17,608 bases of DNA. It comes from an uncultured Deinococcales bacterium. GTDB lineage: Bacteria > Deinococcota > Deinococci > Deinococcales > JAAFIG01. The stretch spans positions 1-17,608 of the forward strand of contig CAXTTL010000090.1 in the NCBI GenBank assembly GCA_964247135.1. The letters are read 5' to 3'. The notes below the pieces were generated by a model. It did no database searches and was not told the origin of the DNA. It was given only the letters and a program-made list of their open reading frames with translations. Each line of letters opens with the position of its first letter. Position 1 is the stretch's first letter. A program made the translations under genes and the position numbers. This document shows positions 7,815 through 15,980 of the stretch, one piece after another.

Positions 7815-9086
7815 ATGAAACGAAAGCTGTTAATGGGACTCGTGGGGCTGGGCATGGCTGCCGGTTTGGCTGGCGTCGTGGCTCAAAGTGGAACTGGCAA
7901 ATTGGTCTACAATTCGGACGCGTCCGATCCAGCACCGAAAGCTTACGATCAAAAGATTGTCGCGCAGTTTAAAGCCAAATACCCAGGCATCGACATGACG
8001 CACAACACCGTCGATCATGAAAGCTTTAAGCAAGCCATTCGCACCTACCTCGCCAGCGACAATCCACCAGATGTTCTGACCTGGTTCGCCGGAAACCGGA
8101 TGCGTTTCTTCTCGAGCAAAGACCTGGCTGCCGACATTGGTTCGGTCTGGAAAGACAACGGCTGGGAAAAGACCTTTCCAAAGGGCTTCCAAGCGCTGTC
8201 TCAGGACAAAGGCAAGTACGTCTTCTTGCCAACCAGCTACTACTGGTGGGCAATGTATTACCGCAAGGACATCTTCCAGAAATTGGGCTTGAAGGAAGCC
8301 AAAACCTGGCCAGAATTTTTGGGCCTGTGCCGCTCGCTCAACAAGGCAGGCGTCACGCCAATCATGACCGGCTCGAAGTTCCTGTGGCCACTGGGCGGCT
8401 GGTTTGATTTCTTGGACATGCGCGTCAACGGACCACAGTTTCACGTCGACGTGACCGACGGCAAAATCAAGTACACCGACAGCCGCGTCCGCAAAGTCTT
8501 TAGCTACTGGAAGCAACTGCTGGACAACAAATGCTTCCTCGAGAACAGCGCCAGCTACGACTGGCAAGACGCCGCGCAGCTCATGACCCAAGGCAAGGGC
8601 GCGATGTACCTGATGGGCGATTTCATCCGCGACCAATGGAAAGACGGACTGGAAGCCAGCCAACTTGACTTCTTCCGTTTCCCAATCATCAACGCCAAGT
8701 TGCCAGTCGGCGAAGAAGCCCCAACCGACGGATTCTTTGTGCCAGCCAAAGCGCCAAATATTGCCAACGCCAAACTCTTCATGGGTTACCTTGGCAGCAA
8801 GGAAGCCATGGAGCAAGGCGCCAAAGAACTCGGTCGTTTGGTTCCACGCAGCGATGTGGACAAAGCACTTTATGCCAGCAAGCCACAAATTGCCAAAGCC
8901 CAAGCCACCGTCATCGAACCAGCCGATTACATCGCGCAGTTCTATGACCGCGACACCGACCCAGAAATGGCGAACATCGGCATGAAAGGCTTCCAACAAT
9001 TCATGCAAGACCCAAGCCAACTCTCGAGCATCCTCAAGAACCTCGAAGCCACCCGTGAACGAATTTACGGTAAAATCACCCAGTAA
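7815..9086 (+). CDS. Carbohydrate ABC transporter substrate-binding protein (family 1), 423 aa
   Basis: GAGGAGG then ATG 7815; signal peptide; PPDVLTW, YYRKDIFQKLG, PEFLGLC, GKGAMYLMGDF; followed by two CUT1 permeases. Confidence 0.93.
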   Translation: MKRKLLMGLVGLGMAAGLAGVVAQSGTGKLVYNSDASDPAPKAYDQKIVAQFKAKYPGIDMTHNTVDHESFKQAIRTYLASDNPPDVLTWFAGNRMRFFSSKDLAADIGSVWKDNGWEKTFPKGFQALSQDKGKYVFLPTSYYWWAMYYRKDIFQKLGLKEAKTWPEFLGLCRSLNKAGVTPIMTGSKFLWPLGGWFDFLDMRVNGPQFHVDVTDGKIKYTDSRVRKVFSYWKQLLDNKCFLENSASYDWQDAAQLMTQGKGAMYLMGDFIRDQWKDGLEASQLDFFRFPIINAKLPVGEEAPTDGFFVPAKAPNIANAKLFMGYLGSKEAMEQGAKELGRLVPRSDVDKALYASKPQIAKAQATVIEPADYIAQFYDRDTDPEMANIGMKGFQQFMQDPSQLSSILKNLEATRERIYGKITQ

Positions 9087-9099
9087 GACTTAATGCGGG

Positions 9100-9138
9100 A
9101 ATCCCGCTCGGGGGTCATCTCGGGCGGGATTTTATTTT
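9100..9138 (+). terminator. Intrinsic terminator/attenuator hairpin after the binding-protein gene
   Basis: AATCCCGCTCGGG…CTCGGGCGGGATT followed by TTATTTT. Confidence 0.7.
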
Positions 9139-9283
9139 CAAAACAGACCCTGAATCCAAAATCTGGTTATTTTGCTAAGACAAGAGTAGACTTCAAAAGT
9201 ACAAAATTAGAAATTTCGTTGAATAGCACACCCTCGAGAAACCGTTCACTCCATGTTCAAAACTCGAGATCAAAGGAGGTTTT

Positions 9284-10246
9284 ATGGCTCTGGCAAGCAG
9301 GCGCACCCGAAGCGCAAATTATCAGACTTTGGCGCTCAACCGCTTCTTGGTGATCTTCTCGTTTTTAGCGGTTCCATTGGGACTTTACATGGTTTGGGTG
9401 CTGTGGCCCACCCTTTACACTTTCTACTTGTCACTGACCAACTGGGATTCTTTTACGCCACCCGTTTTTGCGGGATTTGAAAACTACAAAAACCTATTTT
9501 CAGACCCAGAATTTCAACACGCCATCATCAACAATGCCATCTGGATTTTGGTCTTTATCACCGTGCCGACAGCCGCAGGTTTGGCACTGGCGACGGTGTT
9601 GAACAACAACTTGCGGTTTGACCGTTTCTTAAAGGTCGCGTATTTCCTGCCAATGGTGATTGCTCCAGTGATTATCGCGCTGATCTGGAGTTGGATTTAC
9701 CTTCCCCAACAGGGATTGTTAAACGCTTTTATCAATCAAGTGCTTCAATTGCTCAAAACCCTTGGTTTTAACGTCGATCCCAAAGCGGCATACAGCATTG
9801 GTTGGCTCGGCGATCCCAAACTGGCACTGATTGCCGTGATGGCACCTGCGGTCTGGCGGCAAACGGGTTATGTCATGATTCTGTATTTGGCTGGTCTAAA
9901 AACCGTTGACGCCGAAGTGGTCGAAGCCGCCAAAGTGGATGGCGCGACTGGCTGGAGCATGTTCAGGTACGTGATTTTCCCGATGCTCTCGCCGGTCACC
10001 ACCATCGTGGTGGTGGTCTCAATCATCGACTCCTTGCGGTCGTTTGACATCGTCAACGTCATGACCAAAGGTGGTCCGGTCAGCGCCACCGAAGTTCTGG
10101 CAAATTACATGTACGTCAAATCTTTCGATGACAACAGACTCGGTTACGGCGCTGCGATTGCCGTGGTGCTCTTTGGATTTGCCTTAATTTTCGTCATGAT
10201 GTACTTGCGCCAAGTCATGGCACAGGAAGACGAGGGAACAGCATGA
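9284..10246 (+). CDS. Carbohydrate ABC transporter permease (MalF/UgpA type)
   Basis: AGGAGG RBS; FAGFENY, YFLPMVIAPV, EAA loop EAAKVDGA, TKGGP; multiple transmembrane helices. Confidence 0.95.
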   Translation: MALASRRTRSANYQTLALNRFLVIFSFLAVPLGLYMVWVLWPTLYTFYLSLTNWDSFTPPVFAGFENYKNLFSDPEFQHAIINNAIWILVFITVPTAAGLALATVLNNNLRFDRFLKVAYFLPMVIAPVIIALIWSWIYLPQQGLLNAFINQVLQLLKTLGFNVDPKAAYSIGWLGDPKLALIAVMAPAVWRQTGYVMILYLAGLKTVDAEVVEAAKVDGATGWSMFRYVIFPMLSPVTTIVVVVSIIDSLRSFDIVNVMTKGGPVSATEVLANYMYVKSFDDNRLGYGAAIAVVLFGFALIFVMMYLRQVMAQEDEGTA

Positions 10247-11118
10247 GCCTAGCCCAACCCGCCCAAGTCAACAAAGTCGTCCGCGAGAAAAAAATTCGCA
10301 AGGGCGTTCATCCCGCCGTGATTTTCATCGTCTGGTTTTTTGCGCTGTTGTGGCTCGTTCCAATCGTCGGCGCTTTCCTGACCGCCTTCAGAACCTTTGA
10401 TGACCTCAACGAATTTGGCTTGTTCAGCATTCCACACGTGTTCACACTCGATAACTTCACCAGGGCTTGGAATCAAGCCAACCTTGGGCAATTCATGCTC
10501 AACAGCTTCATCATCACCATCCCAAGCCTGACCGCCTGCGTTTTACTCTCGAGCATGTGCGCTTATGCCCTGGTGCGTTTCCGCTTTGCCCTCGCACGAC
10601 CCTTGTACATGATGTTCGTGGCGGGGTTGATGCTGCCATTTCAAATGCTCCTTCTACCCGTTTTTAAGCTCTCGAGCCAACTTCATATTTACAATACCTA
10701 CTGGTCACTGATTTTGATTCACACCGCGTTTCAACTTGGGTTTTGCAGCTTTGTGTTGCGCAACTTCATGCGCACCGTCCCGCCAAGTTTGTTTGAATCC
10801 GCCGTGATCGACGGCGCAACCGAATGGGTGATTTTCCGCCGCATCGCATTCCCGCTGATGCTACCTGGTCTTGCTGCACTCGCCACGCTCGAGTTCACCT
10901 GGATTTTCAATGATTTCCTCTGGGCGCTGGTACTCATTCAGGACACGCACCTGAAGCCAGTCACGACTGGTCTGGCGAACTTGCGCGGGCAGTTCACCAC
11001 CGATTACCCACTGATTGTCGCTGGAAGCCTTGTGGCGACCATTCCGACATTGATTGTGTTCTTTGGGTTGCAACGCTATTTTATTCAAGGTTTAACGGTT
11101 GGTGCGACCAAGGGTTAA
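10243..11118 (+). CDS. Carbohydrate ABC transporter permease (MalG/UgpE type)
   Basis: ATGA overlap; FTLDNF, AYALVRFRF, ESAVIDGA, WIFNDFLW, QRYFIQGLTVGATKG. Confidence 0.95.
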   Translation: MSLAQPAQVNKVVREKKIRKGVHPAVIFIVWFFALLWLVPIVGAFLTAFRTFDDLNEFGLFSIPHVFTLDNFTRAWNQANLGQFMLNSFIITIPSLTACVLLSSMCAYALVRFRFALARPLYMMFVAGLMLPFQMLLLPVFKLSSQLHIYNTYWSLILIHTAFQLGFCSFVLRNFMRTVPPSLFESAVIDGATEWVIFRRIAFPLMLPGLAALATLEFTWIFNDFLWALVLIQDTHLKPVTTGLANLRGQFTTDYPLIVAGSLVATIPTLIVFFGLQRYFIQGLTVGATKG

Positions 11119-11131
11119 ATTCTCGAGCATC

Positions 11132-11177
11132 AAAAAGAATCTCGAGCTTTGGATATTTCAAGGCTCGAGATTTACTT

Positions 11178-11178
<1 letters not shown>
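11132..11178. terminator. Bidirectional terminator between the ABC operon and tRNA-Gly
   Basis: Stem AATCTCGAGCTTT (11138-11150) / AAGGCTCGAGATT (11160-11172) with T-rich tails on both strands. Confidence 0.7.
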
Positions 11179-11253
<75 letters not shown>

Positions 11254-11263
11254 GATCTTCTCG

Positions 11264-11292
11264 AGTTTAGCGAGTTACGCGCTTTCGTGCAA
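11264..11292 (-). promoter_or_regulatory. Dedicated promoter for tRNA-Gly
   Basis: TTGCAC, 17 bp, TAAACT ending 10 nt before the tRNA. Confidence 0.7.
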
Positions 11293-11297
11293 GTATC

Positions 11298-11328
11298 AAA
11301 AAAAAGAATCTCGAGCGCAAACTCGAGA
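11298..11328 (-). terminator. Intrinsic terminator after tRNA-Tyr
   Basis: Minus strand TCTCGAGT-ttgc-GCTCGAGA followed by TTC and a T8 run. Confidence 0.75.
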
Positions 11329-11332
11329 AACG

Positions 11333-11417
11333 TGGTGGGCAGGGATGGATTCGAACCATCGTACGCTATGCGAACGGATTTACAGTCCGTCTCCTTTAAC
11401 CACTCGGACACCTACCC
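11333..11417 (-). tRNA. tRNA-Tyr (GTA)
   Basis: GGGTAGGTGTCCGAGTGGTTAAAGGAG-ACGGA-CTGTAAA-TCCGT, long variable arm, GGTTCGAATCC, ends CCA; 85 nt. Confidence 0.97.
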
Positions 11418-11448
11418 AAGGTGCAATTTCAAATCAAACACTAGCTCT

Positions 11449-11525
11449 TGGAGCCACCCATCGGAATCGAACCGACAACCTTCCGATTACAAATCGGGTG
11501 CTCTACCGGATTGAGCTAGAGTGGC
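11449..11525 (-). tRNA. tRNA-Thr (TGT)
   Basis: GCCACTCTAGCTCAATCCGGTAGAGCA-CCCGA-TTTGTAA-TCGGA…GGTTCGATTCC…GGGTGGCTCCA; 77 nt. Confidence 0.96.
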
Positions 11526-11567
11526 AAAAAACCGTTAAAACCCGAACAGTTTCCCGCTCGGTCTGAG

Positions 11568-11596
11568 ACTTTAACACCGTGGTTCGCACGTGTCAA
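11568..11596 (-). promoter_or_regulatory. Promoter of tRNA-Thr/tRNA-Tyr
   Basis: TTGACA, 17 bp, TAAAGT. Confidence 0.8.
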
Positions 11597-11606
11597 GCAT
11601 TTTTCA

Positions 11607-11635
11607 TTGACGGTTGGGAAAATCACTGATACACT
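11607..11635 (+). promoter_or_regulatory. Promoter of tRNA-Ser, back-to-back with the Thr-Tyr promoter
   Basis: TTGACG, 17 bp, TACACT. Confidence 0.8.
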
Positions 11636-11663
11636 CGGACGCGCTCGAGAATCGGGTTACACT

Positions 11664-11753
11664 GGAGAGGTGTCCGAGCGGTTTAAGGAGCACGCCTGGA
11701 AAGTGTGTGTATGGGAAACTGTACCGAGAGTTCGAATCTCTCCCTCTCCGCCA
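11664..11753 (+). tRNA. tRNA-Ser (GGA)
   Basis: GGAGAGGTGTCCGAGCGGTTTAAGGAG-CACGC-CTGGAAA-GTGTG, long variable arm, GTTCGAATC, CCTCTCCGCCA; 90 nt. Confidence 0.97.
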
Positions 11754-11779
11754 AAAATGTTGTACAGCACGGCATTTTG

Positions 11780-11823
11780 AAATCAGACCCTCGAGTGTAA
11801 TTTGTCTCGAGGGTCTGATTTTT
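11780..11823 (+). terminator. Intrinsic terminator after tRNA-Ser
   Basis: 16-bp stem AAATCAGACCCTCGAG / CTCGAGGGTCTGATTT running into a T tract. Confidence 0.85.
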
Positions 11824-11962
11824 GCTGTTTTCGGGAGTTTTTCGGGAGATAGAAATTTTGTCCAATATTTTTAACTCGAGTTTGCCTGAAAATCAAAGAC
11901 GTTGGCATCTCGAGATGCCGTGATTCCCAAAATTGCTATTTTGGGACTGCGTTAAAGGTAGT

Positions 11963-12653
11963 GTGATTAACCTTTCTATTTTTACGCGAGAAACCTTCAC
12001 GATGCCTTTTGAGTACGCTCAAGGTTTAAAACGTGGAATGCAGTTGTATCAAGGCAGAACATGTGGTAATGTGAAGTATGACTTCGAGGGGTTGGCGCTT
12101 ACGTGAACTGGCTGTGAAATTTAATTCACAGCATTATGCGCGTGACGATAGATTGTTGCGCCACAGTGATCATTGTGGCGGTTTTGCATCTGAGCACCCT
12201 GGATTTTATGATTTTGAAGAAGATATTTTTTCAGCGACTCCTAATGAATCTCCAGAAATAAATGATCCTATGCGCGATAAGCAGGAAAAATTTAGACTTC
12301 GGGTGTTCCCTGATGTTTTTTAAAAGAAAAAGGGTTATAGGCGTTTAAATAGAAAGAGATTAACAGCTTGGGCAAATTATCTTTGGAAAGAAGAAAGCGC
12401 TAGTTTTAAAAAAAATATTGTTTCAAAATCTTTGGGAGATAGTGATCCCAAAGATTTCGGTCTAAATCTTGCTGAATGGTTTGGCAATAATTTTATTTTG
12501 ATCTTGAATATGTTCGCGTCATTTATTCTTTTTCGTAAAATTTACGTTGATGAACGGGTGACTAACTTTGAGTTTGAAGTAAATACACAACCCATTTATT
12601 CGCTATTTGAGATTCACCCACAAATACAATCAACTTGCGCTCCTAACGTCTGA
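11963..12653 (+). pseudogene. AT-rich hypothetical gene interrupted by a nonsense codon and probably a frameshift
   Basis: ORFs 12078-12323 and 12432-12653 share a frame separated only by TAA at 12321-12323. An upstream ORF, GTG 11963 to TGA 12106, overlaps in another frame. Confidence 0.55.
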
Positions 12654-12719
12654 GAACACACGGTTATCGCCTTGTGTTTCTCACCTCGAGTATTTATTGC
12701 TCGAGTGTACGTTAGGAGC
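12639..12719 (+). promoter_or_regulatory. Structured 5' leader (three-way junction) hiding the RBS of the HTH gene
   Basis: 11-bp perfect closing stem GCTCCTAACGT/ACGTTAGGAGC enclosing two hairpins; TACAAT at 12625-12630 just upstream. Confidence 0.6.
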
Positions 12720-12725
12720 TTTTAA

Positions 12726-12956
12726 TTGAATAGTCCATTAAATCCGCAAGTTATCACGGTTAAAGCTTACTTTGGTGTGTCAGACGTTGCAGAACGTTGG
12801 GGGGTGCATCAAAACTTCGTTTACAATTTGATTAAGGGTGGTGAGCTTCCTTGCCTTCACCTTGGCAACCCCGGAACAAAACGCCCTGTAATTCGCATCC
12901 CACTTATTTCACTTGAGGCTTGGGAAGCAAATCAACTCACCAAAGGGCAAAAATAA
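12726..12956 (+). CDS. Excisionase/AlpA-like winged HTH protein (HTH_17 type), 76 aa
   Basis: YFGVSDVAERWGVHQNFVYNLIKGGELPCLHLG…IRIPLISLEAW; AGGAG 7 nt before TTG. Confidence 0.88.
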   Translation: MNSPLNPQVITVKAYFGVSDVAERWGVHQNFVYNLIKGGELPCLHLGNPGTKRPVIRIPLISLEAWEANQLTKGQK

Positions 12957-13102
12957 TGCTCCGTGCTGTTAACACGGAGTTCTCGAGTACGGGGCACTTG
13001 ATTGTACCATCTCGAGCGTTAAGGCTTGTCCCATTTGGGACAGGCAAGGTTCAAATCCTCGTTTTTAGCTTGCTAAATTTGGAGGTACAACATGGCGCGT
13101 GA
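12956..13102 (+). CDS. Putative 48-aa leader/coupling peptide
   Basis: ATG overlaps the HTH stop (TAATG); frame stays open across the whole spacer and ends 11 nt inside the primase gene. Confidence 0.4.
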   Translation: MLRAVNTEFSSTGHLIVPSRALRLVPFGTGKVQILVFSLLNLEVQHGA

Positions 13103-15410
13103 TGATTTGCGTGATGCGTTGCAGTCCGACGCTAACAGCATCCCCGCACTTCTCGAGAGTTTTGGAGTTGATACTTCTCGCTTGACTACAAATGGTGGTG
13201 TGATGCTTGACCCGCGTCCAGGGCATGAAGAAAGCAATCCTAGCTTTTCGGTATTTCGAGGAACTGATGGTGTGTGGTTGTACAAACGTCACGGCGATGA
13301 TGGCGACAGTGGAAACGCATTTGATTTAGTAAAAGCATTTAACAAAACGTCCGGTGAGGCGGCGCAAACGCTGAAAGATCGCGCTGGGGGTAACACCGTG
13401 TCACACGCCCCGCGTTCTCTTTCGCTTGCAAAAACTGTACCGAAACCCAAGCCAAAACCCATTTACAAACCCGTGAGTCCCACACTCTCTGTCAAGCTCG
13501 AGAAAGCACAGCACGCTTTGGCAGGACTCGAAACCTTGCCCGACTGCTTGACCGCTCGAGGTTTTGATGCTGCGATGTGTGAGGTTTACGGTTTGGGACT
13601 CGAGAATGACGCGGTACTCATCCCAATTTATCGCGGCGCTGACTTGGTGCAAATCAAACAACGCAATCCAAACAGAGAACAACCGCGTTACAAATATCTC
13701 GAGCCAGGGCATGGCGCACCCGCATGGTTAAGCCCTGATTATGCAAACCCGACAACTCGAGCCGTGCTGATTGTTGAGGGCGAATTCAACGGACACGCGG
13801 CACACGCGGCGCTCGAGAATGCGGGTTTGAGCCTTGCCGTTCAGGGTGTCGGAGGTGTGAAAAATCAATTGCACCTCGAGCAGCTTTCAGGACGTGATGT
13901 TTTCGTGTACGCCGATGGTGACGAACCAGGAGGCAAAGCGGCACAAAAATGGGCAGCACTGGCACAAGAAAACGGTGCAAGCCAAGTCAAGATTCTCGAG
14001 CCACTGCCAGAACTCCAAGACTTTTGTGATTTGCTCGGCACGAGCGGCGCTGATGGTCTTAGCACATGGTTACAAAACGCTTTTGTTGAAGCACAAACAT
14101 TTGAACCTGATTCGTTCGAGGACAATAGTCTTAATTCGGGCGCTGATGAAAACGGATTCCCAGAACTCGCAGAAGAGGCATTGTATGGACTGGCTGGCGA
14201 TGTTGTCCGAGCGATTGAACCAACAACAGAAGCACACCGCGCCGCGCTTCTATTTTCGTTTTTCGTAGCTGTAGGAATTGCACTTGGAACAAAACCACAT
14301 TGGAAAATTAGCGGCGTAATGCACACTTTGCGTTTGTTTATCGTTCTTATCGGATTGAGTGGCAAGGGTCGCAAAGGCACGTCTTGGGGTGCTTTACGCG
14401 GTGTTACCGAAACCGCATTTGGTGATGATTTTTATGCCGAACACGTCACAACTGGACTGAGTAGCGGTGAAGGTTTGATTTATGCCGTGCGTGATGCCGT
14501 GCAAAAGCCTATGACCAGAGACGGCAAGGTTGAACTGCAAATCGTTGATGAGGGCGTTGCCGATAAACGCTTGGTCGTTCTCGAGTCTGAGTTTGGGCGC
14601 GTGTTGAAAGTCATGAACCGTGAAGGTAGCACCTTGTCACCAATTATTCGGCAAGCTTGGGAAATTGGTGCAAAAGATAATTTGCGCGTAATGACGAAAA
14701 ATTCAACCACGGCAACGGGCGCACACGTTGGAATTGTTGGACACTGCACCCGTGATGAGTTGTTAAGGTATCTCGAGGATACCGAAACGGCAAATGGTTT
14801 TGCGAATCGTTTCCTTTGGGTGATGACCAAACGCGCTCGAGTCTTGCCTTTCGGGGGAGAACCGAACCAGCACGTAATGAACAAGCTTGGTGAGCGCCTG
14901 AAAGCCGTGGCGATGTGGCTCGAAGGTACAGATGGTGTCCTGTACTGGGGCGAACAAACAAAACCTCTTTGGGCGAGTATCTACCCTGACTTAAGTGAAG
15001 GCTCGAGCGGTTTAAGCGGTGCGGTTACATCTCGAGCCGAAAGTTATGTCATGCGCCTTGCGGGATTATACGCGGTGTTAGACAAGTCACTCGAGGTCAA
15101 ACCCGAACACCTCACAGCGGCACAGGCATCTTGGGAATACTGCGAAGAGTCGGTGTTTAACATCTTTGGAAGGCGCACGGGCGATGTTGTCGCAGATGCG
15201 ATTCTGGAAGCACTGAAAGCACATGCCGATAAACGCCTGACCAAGACCGAAATTTCAGCTTTGTTTCAACGAAACCAAAGCGCGGGACAGATTGATCGTG
15301 CTACCCAGGTACTTGTCCGAGATGGCAAAGCCCGAATGACAAAAGGTGAGTCTAAGAACGGCGGTAAAGCACCTCAGATTTTGGAATTGCTGGGTATGCA
15401 ATATGGGTAA
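13092..15410 (+). CDS. Primase-helicase fusion: degenerate CHC2-like domain, Toprim, DUF3987/YfjI-like ATPase (772 aa)
   Basis: GGAGG RBS; PGHEESNPSFSV; Toprim VLIVEGE…YADGDEPG…DFCD; P-loop GLSGKGRKGTS, SSGEGLI, LESEFG, NGFANRFLW; possible C-terminal winged helix. Confidence 0.88.
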   Translation: MARDDLRDALQSDANSIPALLESFGVDTSRLTTNGGVMLDPRPGHEESNPSFSVFRGTDGVWLYKRHGDDGDSGNAFDLVKAFNKTSGEAAQTLKDRAGGNTVSHAPRSLSLAKTVPKPKPKPIYKPVSPTLSVKLEKAQHALAGLETLPDCLTARGFDAAMCEVYGLGLENDAVLIPIYRGADLVQIKQRNPNREQPRYKYLEPGHGAPAWLSPDYANPTTRAVLIVEGEFNGHAAHAALENAGLSLAVQGVGGVKNQLHLEQLSGRDVFVYADGDEPGGKAAQKWAALAQENGASQVKILEPLPELQDFCDLLGTSGADGLSTWLQNAFVEAQTFEPDSFEDNSLNSGADENGFPELAEEALYGLAGDVVRAIEPTTEAHRAALLFSFFVAVGIALGTKPHWKISGVMHTLRLFIVLIGLSGKGRKGTSWGALRGVTETAFGDDFYAEHVTTGLSSGEGLIYAVRDAVQKPMTRDGKVELQIVDEGVADKRLVVLESEFGRVLKVMNREGSTLSPIIRQAWEIGAKDNLRVMTKNSTTATGAHVGIVGHCTRDELLRYLEDTETANGFANRFLWVMTKRARVLPFGGEPNQHVMNKLGERLKAVAMWLEGTDGVLYWGEQTKPLWASIYPDLSEGSSGLSGAVTSRAESYVMRLAGLYAVLDKSLEVKPEHLTAAQASWEYCEESVFNIFGRRTGDVVADAILEALKAHADKRLTKTEISALFQRNQSAGQIDRATQVLVRDGKARMTKGESKNGGKAPQILELLGMQYG

Positions 15411-15969
15411 GTTGCTCGAGCGTATCAAAGCTCAATTGATGACCCGTTACGAAAAAGACGAAATTGACGAAATAACCGTCAATCAAAAGGCAAACACTTT
15501 TGCTGAGGTTACGAAATTGGATTCACGCCCTCCAAACCCTGTAGTACCTGAACCTAATTTCGTAAACCCTCAAAACTTGGGGAGTGTTTCAGGCACAGCT
15601 ATTTCGTCACATTCGTTAAATTCGCTCAATGAACGTCAGAGCATTCCTCAAACGCTCGAGCTTCCCTTAAGTGAGTTTGATTCCAAGGTTATTGTTCCAT
15701 CTGTTTTTACATCCCCTTGGACTGCATTCCGTGACAGCGTGGAGCGTGTCTGGGGCTTACTCCAAGCCAAAGGGACACGCACCGTTCACTTGGTCGGTGA
15801 CGGTCAACGTGTTGCAACGCACTTCACGGCTCGAGATGCAAACCAATTGAAGGCGCTGGCTGACTCAGGCGAGAAGGCATACCCAAGCATCAGGACTTTA
15901 GGGGTTATCCCAGTCTTGCCCGATATGGTCATGCTCGAGTTCACCACGCAAAGCCAAGCACAAGCCTAA
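15403..15969 (+). CDS. Hypothetical protein (188 aa) overlapping the iteron array
   Basis: ATG 15403 overlaps the primase stop by 8 nt. No family recognised. Confidence 0.6.
   Translation: MGKLLERIKAQLMTRYEKDEIDEITVNQKANTFAEVTKLDSRPPNPVVPEPNFVNPQNLGSVSGTAISSHSLNSLNERQSIPQTLELPLSEFDSKVIVPSVFTSPWTAFRDSVERVWGLLQAKGTRTVHLVGDGQRVATHFTARDANQLKALADSGEKAYPSIRTLGVIPVLPDMVMLEFTTQSQAQA
15449..15625. repeat. Convergent iteron array, putative replication origin
   Basis: ACGAAA at 15449, 15458, 15467, 15511; inverted copies TTTCGT 15558 and 15602, ATTCGT 15611, ATTCGC 15620. Confidence 0.75.
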
Positions 15970-15980
15970 CCCTGTCCGTA

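Noticed and set aside
7830-9020. 396-aa minus-strand ORF
   Set aside because: Antisense shadow of the strongly codon-biased binding-protein gene; no RBS and no recognisable motifs.
13002-13090. Possible tRNA or att duplicate suggested by AGGTTCAAATCCT
   Set aside because: No proper acceptor stem, D arm or CCA, and no match to the tRNA-Ser 3' end; kept only as part of a structured leader.
13401-15244. Minus-strand and alternative-frame ORFs within the primase-helicase
   Set aside because: Shadows of a gene with well-ordered Toprim and P-loop motifs; none shows integrase or repressor features.
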